From contig JANYFU010000076.1 in assembly GCA_025359665.1 (NCBI GenBank), positions 1-52,054 on the forward strand: 52,054 nucleotides of DNA. The letters run 5' to 3'. The translations under genes were made by a program, and so were the position numbers. A model generated the notes under the pieces. The model was not told where the DNA came from and ran no database searches. It saw only the letters and a program-made list of their open reading frames with translations. Source of the stretch: Caulobacteraceae bacterium (GTDB lineage: Bacteria > Pseudomonadota > Alphaproteobacteria > Caulobacterales > Caulobacteraceae). The stretch's first letter is position 1; each line of letters begins with the position of its first letter. This document shows, piece by piece, positions 39,642 through 48,248 of the stretch.

Positions 39642-39974
39642 ATGAAACCTCCGATGAAGACCTACAACCTCGATCTCCGCCACGCGCCGTCCAAGCGTCG
39701 TCTGAACGCATTGCCCGGCAACCGCCTGGAGCCGTTGAAGCAACGATGCGCGGACGACACCGCCGCCATTCGCTGGGCCCAAGCCGAACTACTGGATTTC
39801 GCGCGACACGCGCGCGGCGCCAACTACCAGTATGTTGAAGCCGCGTTGATCGAACTGCTCCCGTTCGGCAAACTTATCGATGGAAAGGATTATCGCCGAC
39901 TGGGTCGGTGGGTCTGCAATGCCGATGGCTTCGCCTGGCGTGAATCGCCGGTGGGCGCCTTCGAGGACGCCTGA
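39642..39974 (+). CDS. Hypothetical protein
   Basis: 110-aa ORF that fills the gap with plausible codon usage; no motif recognised. Confidence 0.55.
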   Translation: MKPPMKTYNLDLRHAPSKRRLNALPGNRLEPLKQRCADDTAAIRWAQAELLDFARHARGANYQYVEAALIELLPFGKLIDGKDYRRLGRWVCNADGFAWRESPVGAFEDA

Positions 39975-39984
39975 CGGGCGTCGC

Positions 39985-40371
39985 TCAAGGCCTCGTCAGT
40001 GGCGTCAGGAAAAGCGCGATATTGATCAGGAATCCTACCGTCCAGATCACACTCCTCAGTAGGGGTTTGTCGGCGATATACGTGGCGACATAGGCCAGCC
40101 GCGCCACGACAAAAGCCATCGCCAGGTCATCGGCCAAACCCTGATTGATCCTGCGAAACTCGGCCAGCAAAATCGCCGCGATAAAAAACGGCAGGGCCTC
40201 CAGTCCGTTCTGATGCGCCCCCAGTGCGCGAGCCCGCCAGCCGTTTTCATAGAAGGCCTTGGAACGGGGATTGGCGTTGTCGTAGTCGCGCCAGCCGAAG
40301 CCCTTGGCCAAGCCGATGGTGGCCAGCCATAGGACTACGATCGCGAGAATGCACAACTCGGCGATGGTCAA
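39985..40371 (-). CDS. MAPEG-family membrane protein
   Basis: DNANPR, RALGAHQNGLEALPFF, FVVARLAY, LRSVIW. TTG start assumed. Confidence 0.85.
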   Translation of the reverse strand: MTIAELCILAIVVLWLATIGLAKGFGWRDYDNANPRSKAFYENGWRARALGAHQNGLEALPFFIAAILLAEFRRINQGLADDLAMAFVVARLAYVATYIADKPLLRSVIWTVGFLINIALFLTPLTRP

Positions 40372-40454
40372 TTGAAGTTCCCCCGGGTTTTTTAACAAGT
40401 CTCACGCGATACGCGCGGCGCGGCCTAGCTGATCACTGTGCATCGCAACCGCTC

Positions 40455-40530
40455 TGGTAGGCCCGGAGGGACTCGAACCCCCAACCAGACCGTTATGAGC
40501 GGTCGGCTCTAACCATTGAGCTACGGGCCC
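40455..40530 (-). tRNA. tRNA with CAT anticodon, most likely tRNA-Ile2 (lysidine-modified)
   Basis: Minus strand GGGCCCGTAGCTCAATGGTTAGAGCCGACCGCT-CAT-AACGGTCTGGTTGGGGGTTCGAGTCCCTCCGGGCCTACCA; 76-nt cloverleaf with encoded CCA. Paired first position and no GGG/CCC anticodon stem argue against initiator Met. Confidence 0.93.
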
Positions 40531-40593
40531 TTGAGAGAGAGAAACTCGGCGCATGCGGTTAACACGCGTTGCGCATCGCTAAAAGTGCTTCGG

Positions 40594-41073
40594 CTAAAGT
40601 CCCGCCTTGCGGAACGCCCCATCGAGCCGGGCGGCGATTTCATGGCCGGGGAGCGCTCTTTCACCCTCCATCATCGCCGAATAGACCAGATCGCGAGTCT
40701 GGCTGGCCGCGCGCCCCTCGGCCCATCCAACCTGGCGCGATCCATCGGCATTCGAGGGGCAACTGGCGGCGCGTCCTGCAGCGGTCGAGGCCAGGGCCAG
40801 CGCCTGGGTCGCCGACATGGCGCCTGGCCGGTCACAGGCCGGGACGCCCCGCACGCAGTTGAACGCTTCGCCATAGCGATAGACCACCTTGCCCGTGACC
40901 CGGTCCGCCAGCAGGACGCAAGTCGACGGATCTCCCACCGACACGGCGATCGCATCGTGCAGCGCGTCGACGGGCAGGCCGTTTTCCGCGGCTGGGCCAG
41001 AGCAACCGCTCAACACCCCACCGGCGGCGATCGCCAGCGAAACCATTGCGTTCAAGATAATGCGTCTCGGCAT
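40594..41073 (-). CDS. Cys-rich hypothetical lipoprotein
   Basis: Basic N-terminus, hydrophobic stretch, lipobox LSGC; 11 bp downstream of the Rieske gene. Confidence 0.72.
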   Translation of the reverse strand: MPRRIILNAMVSLAIAAGGVLSGCSGPAAENGLPVDALHDAIAVSVGDPSTCVLLADRVTGKVVYRYGEAFNCVRGVPACDRPGAMSATQALALASTAAGRAASCPSNADGSRQVGWAEGRAASQTRDLVYSAMMEGERALPGHEIAARLDGAFRKAGL

Positions 41074-41084
41074 CGGCGCCTCGT

Positions 41085-42197
41085 CTAGCTGGTCCATTGC
41101 AAAGTCGTCGGCTCAACGGGATTGACGAACGCGCGTCCTTCCCTCCGGCTGGCCGCCCATTCGCGCTTGAGGGCGTGGTACCAGCGGGCCTGTCGGTCGG
41201 CATCGTCGACCCAGATCAGGGTGGGATCGAATTTCAACCCCTGGTTCTGCAGGTTGACCATGTCGGCGTCCTGCTTGAGGAAGCGCGAGGCTCCGGCGCG
41301 GATCAACGGCGCCGCCAGGCTGAAGATCGGATGGTCGGACCAAAGCATCTGGGTGATCCGCGTCGCGGTATCGTTGACGGGTGTCAGGCACGTCAGCGAC
41401 AGCACCTGCCGCGCGCCCACCGTCACATGCTCCCAGCGCAGCCCTGGCAAACGGAAGGTGATTTCCGTCTCAGGGCGGCCGCCCAGCAAGGCGTAGGCCC
41501 GGGAGTTGGCCGACGGCGTGTGGCGGGACATGGTGAACCCGCACTCGGCCGGCTCGAACCGCTTGGCCTTGGCGTGCATCGACGCCCGGCTTCGCCACCA
41601 CCATTGTTGATGCACAAAGGGGCCATGGGCCGGGTCCATCAAGCCAACCACCGCGTGATCGATATGGGCGGCGAGTTCGAGGGCGAGGACCAGTTTGGGT
41701 CCGCCGCCCACCACGCCGGGGAATGTCGGCGGCGGCATGGCGGGTCCGGCTTGGTCCCGACCGTCGGCGGCCATCCAGATGAACACCAGGCCCTGGCTCT
41801 CCACCACGGGAAACCGCCGCACCCGTATCCTGCCCAGATCGAATTCCTGGCCGTCGGTGAGGGAGGGTATGGCCACGCACCGCCCGTCACCGCCGAACCG
41901 CCAGCCGTGGTACGGACATTCGACGCTGGTCGTCCCGTTGGTTTCCCGCACGAACCGCCCGGCCGACAGCGGCGCGGCGCGGTGCGGACAGACATCCCGC
42001 AGGGCGATGACCGATCCGTCAGGCGCCCGGCCCAGCATCACCGGCTCACCCAGGATCTCATGGCGTTTCAGCTTGCCCGGCTTTACGTCCCGCGAAAGCG
42101 CCGCGAAATACCAGATATCGACCACGAAGCCCTTGCCGAAGCCCGCCGAGCCGGTGGCTCGGGTGTCGCTCGCCGTGCTTGCCTCGCCCTGCGCCAT
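41085..42197 (-). CDS. Rieske non-heme iron oxygenase alpha subunit (VanA-like)
   Basis: CPHRAAPLS and CPYHGW Rieske ligands; DPAHGPFVH mononuclear iron motif; late QD. Confidence 0.9.
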   Translation of the reverse strand: MAQGEASTASDTRATGSAGFGKGFVVDIWYFAALSRDVKPGKLKRHEILGEPVMLGRAPDGSVIALRDVCPHRAAPLSAGRFVRETNGTTSVECPYHGWRFGGDGRCVAIPSLTDGQEFDLGRIRVRRFPVVESQGLVFIWMAADGRDQAGPAMPPPTFPGVVGGGPKLVLALELAAHIDHAVVGLMDPAHGPFVHQQWWWRSRASMHAKAKRFEPAECGFTMSRHTPSANSRAYALLGGRPETEITFRLPGLRWEHVTVGARQVLSLTCLTPVNDTATRITQMLWSDHPIFSLAAPLIRAGASRFLKQDADMVNLQNQGLKFDPTLIWVDDADRQARWYHALKREWAASRREGRAFVNPVEPTTLQWTS

Positions 42198-42295
42198 GAC
42201 ACCTTTTAGGGGATGGGCGCTATCGCGCGCAACGCGGCCGCCGCCTTGACCTTGCCCAGCCACCGCTCAATGGTGCGCGCCGATTCAATGAGGCC

Positions 42296-43075
42296 ATGCA
42301 AGGGAGAGCGCCCGTGGAGCTATTCGATCTGACCGGTAAGGTCGCCGTGATCACCGGTTCGTCCAAGGGCATTGGCCGGGCGATCGCCGAGCGCATGGCC
42401 GAACACGGCGCCAAGGTCACCATCTCCTCGCGCAAGGCCGGACCGTGCGAAGCGGTGGCCGCCGAGATCAACGCCAAATACCCGGGAGCCGCTATCGCGA
42501 TCCCCGCCAACATCTCTTCCAAGGATGACCTTCAGCGGCTGGTCGACACCGCGCGTGAGACCTTCGGCAAGATCGATATCCTGGTCTGTAACGCCGCGTC
42601 GAACCCCTATTATGGCCCGATGAGCGGCATCAGCGATGAAGCGTTCCGCAAGATTCTCGACAACAACATCATCTCCAACCACTGGATGGTCCAGATGGTC
42701 GCGCCGGAAATGAAAGAGCGCCGCGATGGCGCGATCATCATCGTCTCGTCGGTCGGCGGCCTGCGCGGCAACGCCGTCATCGGCGCATACAACATCTCCA
42801 AGGCGGCCGACTTCCAGCTGGCCCGCAACCTTGCCCACGAACTTTCGCCCCACAATATCCGGGTCAACTGCGTCGCGCCCGGCCTGGTCAAGACCGATTT
42901 TGCTCGCGCGCTGTGGGACACGCCGGAGGCCGAGCAGCGCAACAGCGCCGGCACGCCTCTGCGCCGGCTTGGCGAGCCGGACGACATCGCCGGCGCCGCG
43001 GTGTTCCTGGCGTCGAGGGCCGGCGCCTGGATGACCGGCCAGGCCGTGGTGGTGGACGGCGGCGCGACGATCTAG
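42296..43075 (+). CDS. Short-chain dehydrogenase/reductase
   Basis: TGSSKGIG, CNAA, YNISK, VAPGLVKT. Start may be the GTG at 42314. Confidence 0.92.
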   Translation: MQGRAPVELFDLTGKVAVITGSSKGIGRAIAERMAEHGAKVTISSRKAGPCEAVAAEINAKYPGAAIAIPANISSKDDLQRLVDTARETFGKIDILVCNAASNPYYGPMSGISDEAFRKILDNNIISNHWMVQMVAPEMKERRDGAIIIVSSVGGLRGNAVIGAYNISKAADFQLARNLAHELSPHNIRVNCVAPGLVKTDFARALWDTPEAEQRNSAGTPLRRLGEPDDIAGAAVFLASRAGAWMTGQAVVVDGGATI

Positions 43076-43096
43076 GGCGTTTCCCAGGGGCGCTTT

Positions 43097-44494
43097 GTGA
43101 TCAATCCCGTCGCCCCAGCCCGTTGGCGAGATCTGGTGTCGCCAACTCTCGCGCCACGGGCCGCGCTGGTCATGCTGGGTGTTTGGCTCAATGCCGCCGA
43201 CGCCCTGGTCACGGCCACCATCATGCCCAGCGTCGCCCACGACCTGGGCGGGGCCGCCTACTATGGCTGGGCGGTAGCCTTCTATCTCACCGGCTCGATC
43301 CTGGCCGGGGCCAGCACCGGGCAGCTCTCCCATCGCCTGGGGCTGCGGCCGGCCATGATCATCGCGGCCCTGGCCTATGCGGCGGGGTGCGTGCTCAGCG
43401 CCGCCTCGCCGACCATAGAGCTGTTCCTTCTGGGCAGGATTCTCCAGGGTGTCGGGGCCGGCTGGCTGGTGGGCTTTTGCTATGTGGCCATCGGCATGGT
43501 GTTCCCGGAGGCGCTTTGGGCGCGGATGTTCGGCGCCACCGCCGGCGTGTGGGGCGTCGCCAGTATCCTGGGGCCGTTCATTGGCGGGGTGTTCGCCGCC
43601 GCCGGCCATTGGCGGGGCGCGTTCTGGATGTTCGCCGGCCAGGGCGCCCTGTTCGCGGTGGCCTGTCTGGCGCTGCTGCCCGCTCGCCGGGCCGACAATT
43701 CCCAGATCCGGCCCCTGGCCTGGCGCACGCTCAGCGCACTGGCCGCCGCCATCCTGGTCATCGCCGCCGCCGATGTGATTGGCGGTGTGGCGGCGCCCGG
43801 CGCGCTGCTGATTGTTGGAATCGCATTGCTGGCGCTGGCTGCTTGGGTCAACACCATGCCGGGAGAGCGCCTGCTGCCGCCAGAGGCCGCCAATCCCACC
43901 ACCACCGCCGGCGCGGGCTATGCGATGATCTTCGCCATGGAGGTCGCCACCATCGTGGTCAACGTCTATGAGGCCGCGATCCTGCAGAGCGTCTATCGCG
44001 TCTCGCCGCTGATCGCCGGCTATGCCGTATCGGTGATGGCGGTGGGCTGGACCGCCGCGGCGTTCCTGGTTTCCAACCAACCGGAACGGCGACACGGAGC
44101 GTTCATCATCGCTGGTGGGACGGTCATCCTGTTGGGCTGTGCGCTCATGGCTCTGGCGATCGCCCGTTGGCCTCTGGGCTGGATCGTCGCGGCGGGGGCG
44201 ATCATCGGTGTCGGGTTCGGGCTTTCCTGGTCGCTGGCCACCGGGCGGATCCTTCGCGCCCTGTCGGATGACGACCGCGCCATCGGTTCGGCGGCGGTGC
44301 CCACCACCCAGTTGATCGGCGGGGCGGTGGGCGCCGCGGCGGCGGGAGCGGTGGCCAACTTGCTGGGCCTTGCCCAGGCCTTCACGCCGGCCCACGCCCA
44401 GGCCGCCGCCCCCTGGCTGTTTGGCGTGTTCGTGCCGGTGGCGGGGCTAGGGCTTTGGGCGGCTGTGAGGCTGGCGCGACAGACGACCGCCTGA
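43097..44494 (+). CDS. MFS transporter (drug:H+ antiporter-like)
   Basis: Many TM segments; TATIMPS, GRILQGVGAG, LGPFIGG. Confidence 0.88.
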   Translation: MINPVAPARWRDLVSPTLAPRAALVMLGVWLNAADALVTATIMPSVAHDLGGAAYYGWAVAFYLTGSILAGASTGQLSHRLGLRPAMIIAALAYAAGCVLSAASPTIELFLLGRILQGVGAGWLVGFCYVAIGMVFPEALWARMFGATAGVWGVASILGPFIGGVFAAAGHWRGAFWMFAGQGALFAVACLALLPARRADNSQIRPLAWRTLSALAAAILVIAAADVIGGVAAPGALLIVGIALLALAAWVNTMPGERLLPPEAANPTTTAGAGYAMIFAMEVATIVVNVYEAAILQSVYRVSPLIAGYAVSVMAVGWTAAAFLVSNQPERRHGAFIIAGGTVILLGCALMALAIARWPLGWIVAAGAIIGVGFGLSWSLATGRILRALSDDDRAIGSAAVPTTQLIGGAVGAAAAGAVANLLGLAQAFTPAHAQAAAPWLFGVFVPVAGLGLWAAVRLARQTTA

Positions 44495-44501
44495 CCCTGG
44501 A

Positions 44502-46604
44502 CTACTGGGGCTGTTGGTCGCGCGGGCTGGCCGACGGGTCCGCGCCGTCCCGCGCTCCGGCCGCCAGGGGCAGTATGACGTTCAGCCCTGGGACGCCGAA
44601 ATTGGTGTCATCGATGATCCTCGGCGCCCTGGTGGCGATGGCCGCCGCCAGACTGCTATCCGAATCGACACCGGTGAAGGCGTTGGCTGGGCCCGGGGTG
44701 AAACTGTCGTAGGGCGGCGATTGAGCCGCGGGCCTCTCCAACGTGGGGTCAAGGCCGGCGCGGGCCCTTCTCTGCGCAAAGCTGACGATATCGGCATTTC
44801 GGAACGGCAGAAGACTTTGCGCTTTCGCCGCGGCGCTCTCCAACGTGGGGCTCAGAGCGGATAGAGCCTTAACCCTGTCGGCAAAGTCGAGGACATCGGC
44901 GTTGCGGACGGGCAAAAGGCTTCGCGCCTCGGCCGCCTGGGCGTCGGCAAGCCTTTTTGCTTCCGCGTCGCCGACCGGATCGTCAGTGACATTGGGTTCG
45001 TCTTCATGTTCTTCCAGCGGCAGCTGAATGTTGTCATTCGGAGTGGAAATGTTGCGGTTGGCGGCTGCATATTCCCGACCCAACCTCAGCAGCTTCGAGT
45101 GCTGGTCTTCTGGAGAACGGTATTCGGACAATTTGAAAAAGCTGGAGGGTTTGGCGGAATTATTTTCGTTCGTGCTGTTTAGTATGTTCAGGGGATTTTC
45201 CCGTGGTTCATCCTCCTTCGGAAAATTATCGTTGGCGGCGGCGGCCTTGAAGTACGGCGGCATGAAATTGGGTTCACGGTCTTCGACCTCGGGCTCCGCC
45301 GCCGCCTCCTCACCATCAAGATCAAACGTGTCGCCCAGGGGCAGATGGCCAAGCATGCTTTCCACGTCGGAGCGCGCGAAGGGGTATTGGGTGCCGATGC
45401 GGTTCGGGTTGCTCGTGTTCAGGTCTCCGTCTATCTGCGTCAGGGCTCTGGCGAACGCGGGTTGCGTACGTCCGGCCATGGCCGTGAAGTCCGCGTTCAT
45501 TTGGTCGATCTCGTTCGCCAGTCGCGTCCCGCGTTGACCCTGAGGCCGGTAGTGGTCCGCCAGGTCGGAGAGGCGTGATCGGATCCCGGCTACCTGAAAC
45601 CCTGTATAGCCCTTGAAATCCGGGTCGTCGGTAATCGGAGACACCACGTAATCTCGGGCATGCGATTGAAAGTGTTCGATCAGATCCGGGTGCATTTGGA
45701 ATATTCGCTTGTTCTGCAGTCTATCCGACGCGGCGAATTCGTCGTCTGGCGCCGCCACGATCGATCTCGGCATGTCCAGGAGACGCTCATTGGCGCTCCA
45801 GGGTATCTGACGGGTGGCCGCCGCCCGGTTCACCCCGTCGATGCCGTTCACGGAGGCGTTGTATAGGGCGTCTTCCGAAGTCGGCAGGCGTTGGAGCGCG
45901 CCGCCGGCGAGAGCGAGCGCGCTGGGTATCGCGTTGGGGTCGCTTGTCAGGGCGCGCACGCCGGCCAGACCCGCGCGGGTCGCTCCGACCAGCGCTGGCG
46001 CCGCGACGCCGGCCACGGCCCCCGGCAGCATATTCTGGTTCGCGGCCGAGAAACGCTGGCTCACGGTTCCGGGTTGTGACGCCCCGTAGACGCCGCCGAC
46101 GGCCGCGCCGGTAAAGGCGTTTCGCCCGGTATTCGCCGCCAGGCGGGCTGCCGTGGCGCGCAGGCCCAGGGGCGCATTTTCCGCCACGACCGGGGCGGCC
46201 GCCGTCCCGCCCGTCGCCAGAGCCGCGGCAAGGGGCGCGGCCAGGCCAAGGCCCGTCGTCATATTGGCGGCGATCGGGTGATGGCTCCGCAGCTGATCGA
46301 TCTGGCTCTGCTGGTGCGCCCGCGCCTGGCTCCAGCGGGCGCCGAAGTCCGCTGGGCGTCCGGCCATCAGGTCGTCCAGCACCCCGCCCCCGGCGGCGAT
46401 GCCCGCGCCCATTTCCGACAGGCCCGGGACCGCGCGATTGAACGTGTCCACATATCCGCCCAGCGCGCTGTCGCCGGGTCGGCCGGCGTTGACCGCCTGG
46501 GGATTGTCCCGCGCCCATTGCTGGGCGAAGCGGGTCGCGGCGTCGGCGTTGGGGCCTTCGAAGACGTGGTTTTGTCCGTTGATGGCGATGGCGAAGCGGG
46601 GCAT
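44502..46604 (-). CDS. Large putative ejection (DNA transfer) protein, about 700 aa
   Basis: ATG overlaps the upstream TGA; Ala/Gly-rich hydrophobic central region; last gene of the module, the position of podoviral ejection proteins. Confidence 0.6.
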   Translation of the reverse strand: MPRFAIAINGQNHVFEGPNADAATRFAQQWARDNPQAVNAGRPGDSALGGYVDTFNRAVPGLSEMGAGIAAGGGVLDDLMAGRPADFGARWSQARAHQQSQIDQLRSHHPIAANMTTGLGLAAPLAAALATGGTAAAPVVAENAPLGLRATAARLAANTGRNAFTGAAVGGVYGASQPGTVSQRFSAANQNMLPGAVAGVAAPALVGATRAGLAGVRALTSDPNAIPSALALAGGALQRLPTSEDALYNASVNGIDGVNRAAATRQIPWSANERLLDMPRSIVAAPDDEFAASDRLQNKRIFQMHPDLIEHFQSHARDYVVSPITDDPDFKGYTGFQVAGIRSRLSDLADHYRPQGQRGTRLANEIDQMNADFTAMAGRTQPAFARALTQIDGDLNTSNPNRIGTQYPFARSDVESMLGHLPLGDTFDLDGEEAAAEPEVEDREPNFMPPYFKAAAANDNFPKEDEPRENPLNILNSTNENNSAKPSSFFKLSEYRSPEDQHSKLLRLGREYAAANRNISTPNDNIQLPLEEHEDEPNVTDDPVGDAEAKRLADAQAAEARSLLPVRNADVLDFADRVKALSALSPTLESAAAKAQSLLPFRNADIVSFAQRRARAGLDPTLERPAAQSPPYDSFTPGPANAFTGVDSDSSLAAAIATRAPRIIDDTNFGVPGLNVILPLAAGARDGADPSASPRDQQPQ

Positions 46605-47071
46605 CAGCGGGCTACCCCCAGGTAGCGGACGCCGGATTGGGCGGATGGGTTGCTCATGGGTGTTCCTCCGAGTGTTGATGGGTCGGGCTGTCCGGGCGCG
46701 CCGCGCCCCAGGTGATCTTTCAGGGCCATCACCGCCGCCAGATGTTCGGCCAGTCCCTGGTCGGTGACATCGGCCAGGGTGATGGCTTGGGGCGCGATGC
46801 CCAGCTCCGGGTGCAGTCCGGCGATGTGCCGCGCCATCGACAGGCGAACACCAGGATCTGGCGACTTCAGCGCCAGGCCATGCAGGATCGCCGCCACCTG
46901 GTCTTGAGCCTGGCTCGCCGCCGCGTGTTGCGGTGCGTCCATGCCGGCGATCTGGGTCCGCACCCTGGCTTCGAGCGACGGATGCCCTGTCATCGGCTGT
47001 GCGCCGGCCGTGGTCTCGTAGGGCGGCTGGGTGATGTCCGGCCACGGGCCGACATAGTGGCTATCGCTCAT
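46604..47071 (-). CDS. Hypothetical phage protein in the second ejection-gene position
   Basis: RBS GGAGG; 2 bp after the gp7-like gene and coupled to the next gene. Confidence 0.6.
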   Translation of the reverse strand: MSDSHYVGPWPDITQPPYETTAGAQPMTGHPSLEARVRTQIAGMDAPQHAAASQAQDQVAAILHGLALKSPDPGVRLSMARHIAGLHPELGIAPQAITLADVTDQGLAEHLAAVMALKDHLGRGAPGQPDPSTLGGTPMSNPSAQSGVRYLGVAR

Positions 47072-47073
47072 GG

Positions 47074-47793
47074 TCAGCCTCCGAACGGCGCGTAGCCGGG
47101 TTGATTGAAAGGGGTGGACGCGCCGGTCAGGGCGTTGCCGCCCCCAAACGAACTGGCCCCAAACGAACTGGCCCCGATCAGCTTGCCGGCCGTGCTGGCC
47201 AGGCCGTTGATCAGGCCGCCGGCGATGGCGCCGTTGGCCGTGATGGCGCTGGTCCGGGCCGCGGTTCCGGTGTTGTTGTTCGCCGTCTGCCCCGCCACAT
47301 TGGCGGCCCCCGCGCCGGTCAGGGCGTTGATCGCGCTGGTTCCCCGATTGGCGACGCCGCCGAGGTTGTCGACGTAACTCTGGCCATATTGCTGGGCGAG
47401 GCCGGTCCCCCGGTCCTGCAGCGCCTTCAGCGCCCCGCCGCTGTTGAGCAGGCCAGCCCCCGCCGCGCTCTGGGTCGCCGCGTCGATCCCCTGCTGGCGG
47501 GTGAACTGATAGCCGGTCGAACCCAGATAGCTGTCGAACGCCGCCTGGGTCTTGGCCGGATCGCCGCCCAGGCCCAGAAAGCCCTGCAGGGCGTCGGCAG
47601 CCGTATTTCCCTTGTCCACATACGGCTGGATCAGCCCTTTGGTGGCGTTGTACTGGTCTTGCGACAGTTTGTTGTTGGCCGCGTTATTGGCCGCCGCCAC
47701 GTTCGCGACGTGGCTGTTGGCCGATGACGAGATCAGCGAACTCCCCACCATGCCGGCCGCGCCGATGGCGGCCCCGATCAGAGCTATAGGCAT
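47074..47793 (-). CDS. P22 gp7-like DNA ejection/transfer protein
   Basis: Gly/Ala-rich N-terminus, QPYVDKG, GYQFTRQQG, SAAGAGLLNSGGALKAL pattern; RBS AAGGAG. Confidence 0.75.
   Translation of the reverse strand: MPIALIGAAIGAAGMVGSSLISSSANSHVANVAAANNAANNKLSQDQYNATKGLIQPYVDKGNTAADALQGFLGLGGDPAKTQAAFDSYLGSTGYQFTRQQGIDAATQSAAGAGLLNSGGALKALQDRGTGLAQQYGQSYVDNLGGVANRGTSAINALTGAGAANVAGQTANNNTGTAARTSAITANGAIAGGLINGLASTAGKLIGASSFGASSFGGGNALTGASTPFNQPGYAPFGG
47142..47175. repeat. 15-bp tandem duplication encoding GASSF x2
   Basis: ccccaaacgaactgg ccccaaacgaactgg cccc, in frame. Confidence 0.85.
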
Positions 47794-48248
47794 TTTGCGT
47801 TTCTCCTTTGCGCCGCCGGGCTGGCCTCCCAGGCCGCCCGCGATAATGTCCACAGCCGAAGGTTTCCGAACGGCGTCTCGCGCCAGTCTCCGGCGATGAT
47901 GAATCCGAAAGTCCTGGGCGGCCGGCTCTTCGGATTGGCTTCAACCTCGAATGTCGTCACCAGGACAAAGCCGCTCAGCCAGATCAGTCCGATCGCTTCC
48001 ATGCCGGCCACCAGCGCTTCGCGGCCCCAGCCTTCCGGCGTGAACAGGGTGTGCAGCTCGGCGACGAACCCCAGCGGGTCCGACCTGGCGAACAGGAACC
48101 CGCCGTGTTGCGCCGCGACCGGCAAGACGTCGGCCCGTTCGGCGATGGCGCCCACCACTTGGGGGCTGATCCCCATCAGCGCGCCGCTCAGCGCCGGATG
48201 ACCCGCGACAGTCGTCCAGAATGCCGGATCCCGCTCGATGCGGATCAT
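47784..48248 (-). CDS. GNAT-like virion assembly protein (P22 gp14 position)
   Basis: ELHTLFTPEGWG motif; lies directly upstream of the gp7-like gene. Confidence 0.6.
   Translation of the reverse strand: MIRIERDPAFWTTVAGHPALSGALMGISPQVVGAIAERADVLPVAAQHGGFLFARSDPLGFVAELHTLFTPEGWGREALVAGMEAIGLIWLSGFVLVTTFEVEANPKSRPPRTFGFIIAGDWRETPFGNLRLWTLSRAAWEASPAAQRRNAKCL

Noticed and set aside
40455-40530. tRNA as an attachment site for the phage-like region
   Set aside because: No duplicate of its 3' end was seen in the window, its 3' end faces away from the module, and four host-type genes intervene.
46605-47045. N-terminal extension of the 847-aa ORF (and similar extensions on xerC, the decarboxylase and the gp10-like gene)
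   Set aside because: The extensions overlap neighbouring genes in another frame; downstream starts with RBS or stop/start coupling fit better.
47142-47175. 15-bp tandem repeat as a phase-variation or diversity locus
   Set aside because: Only two in-frame copies in a low-complexity tail; consistent with simple slippage.
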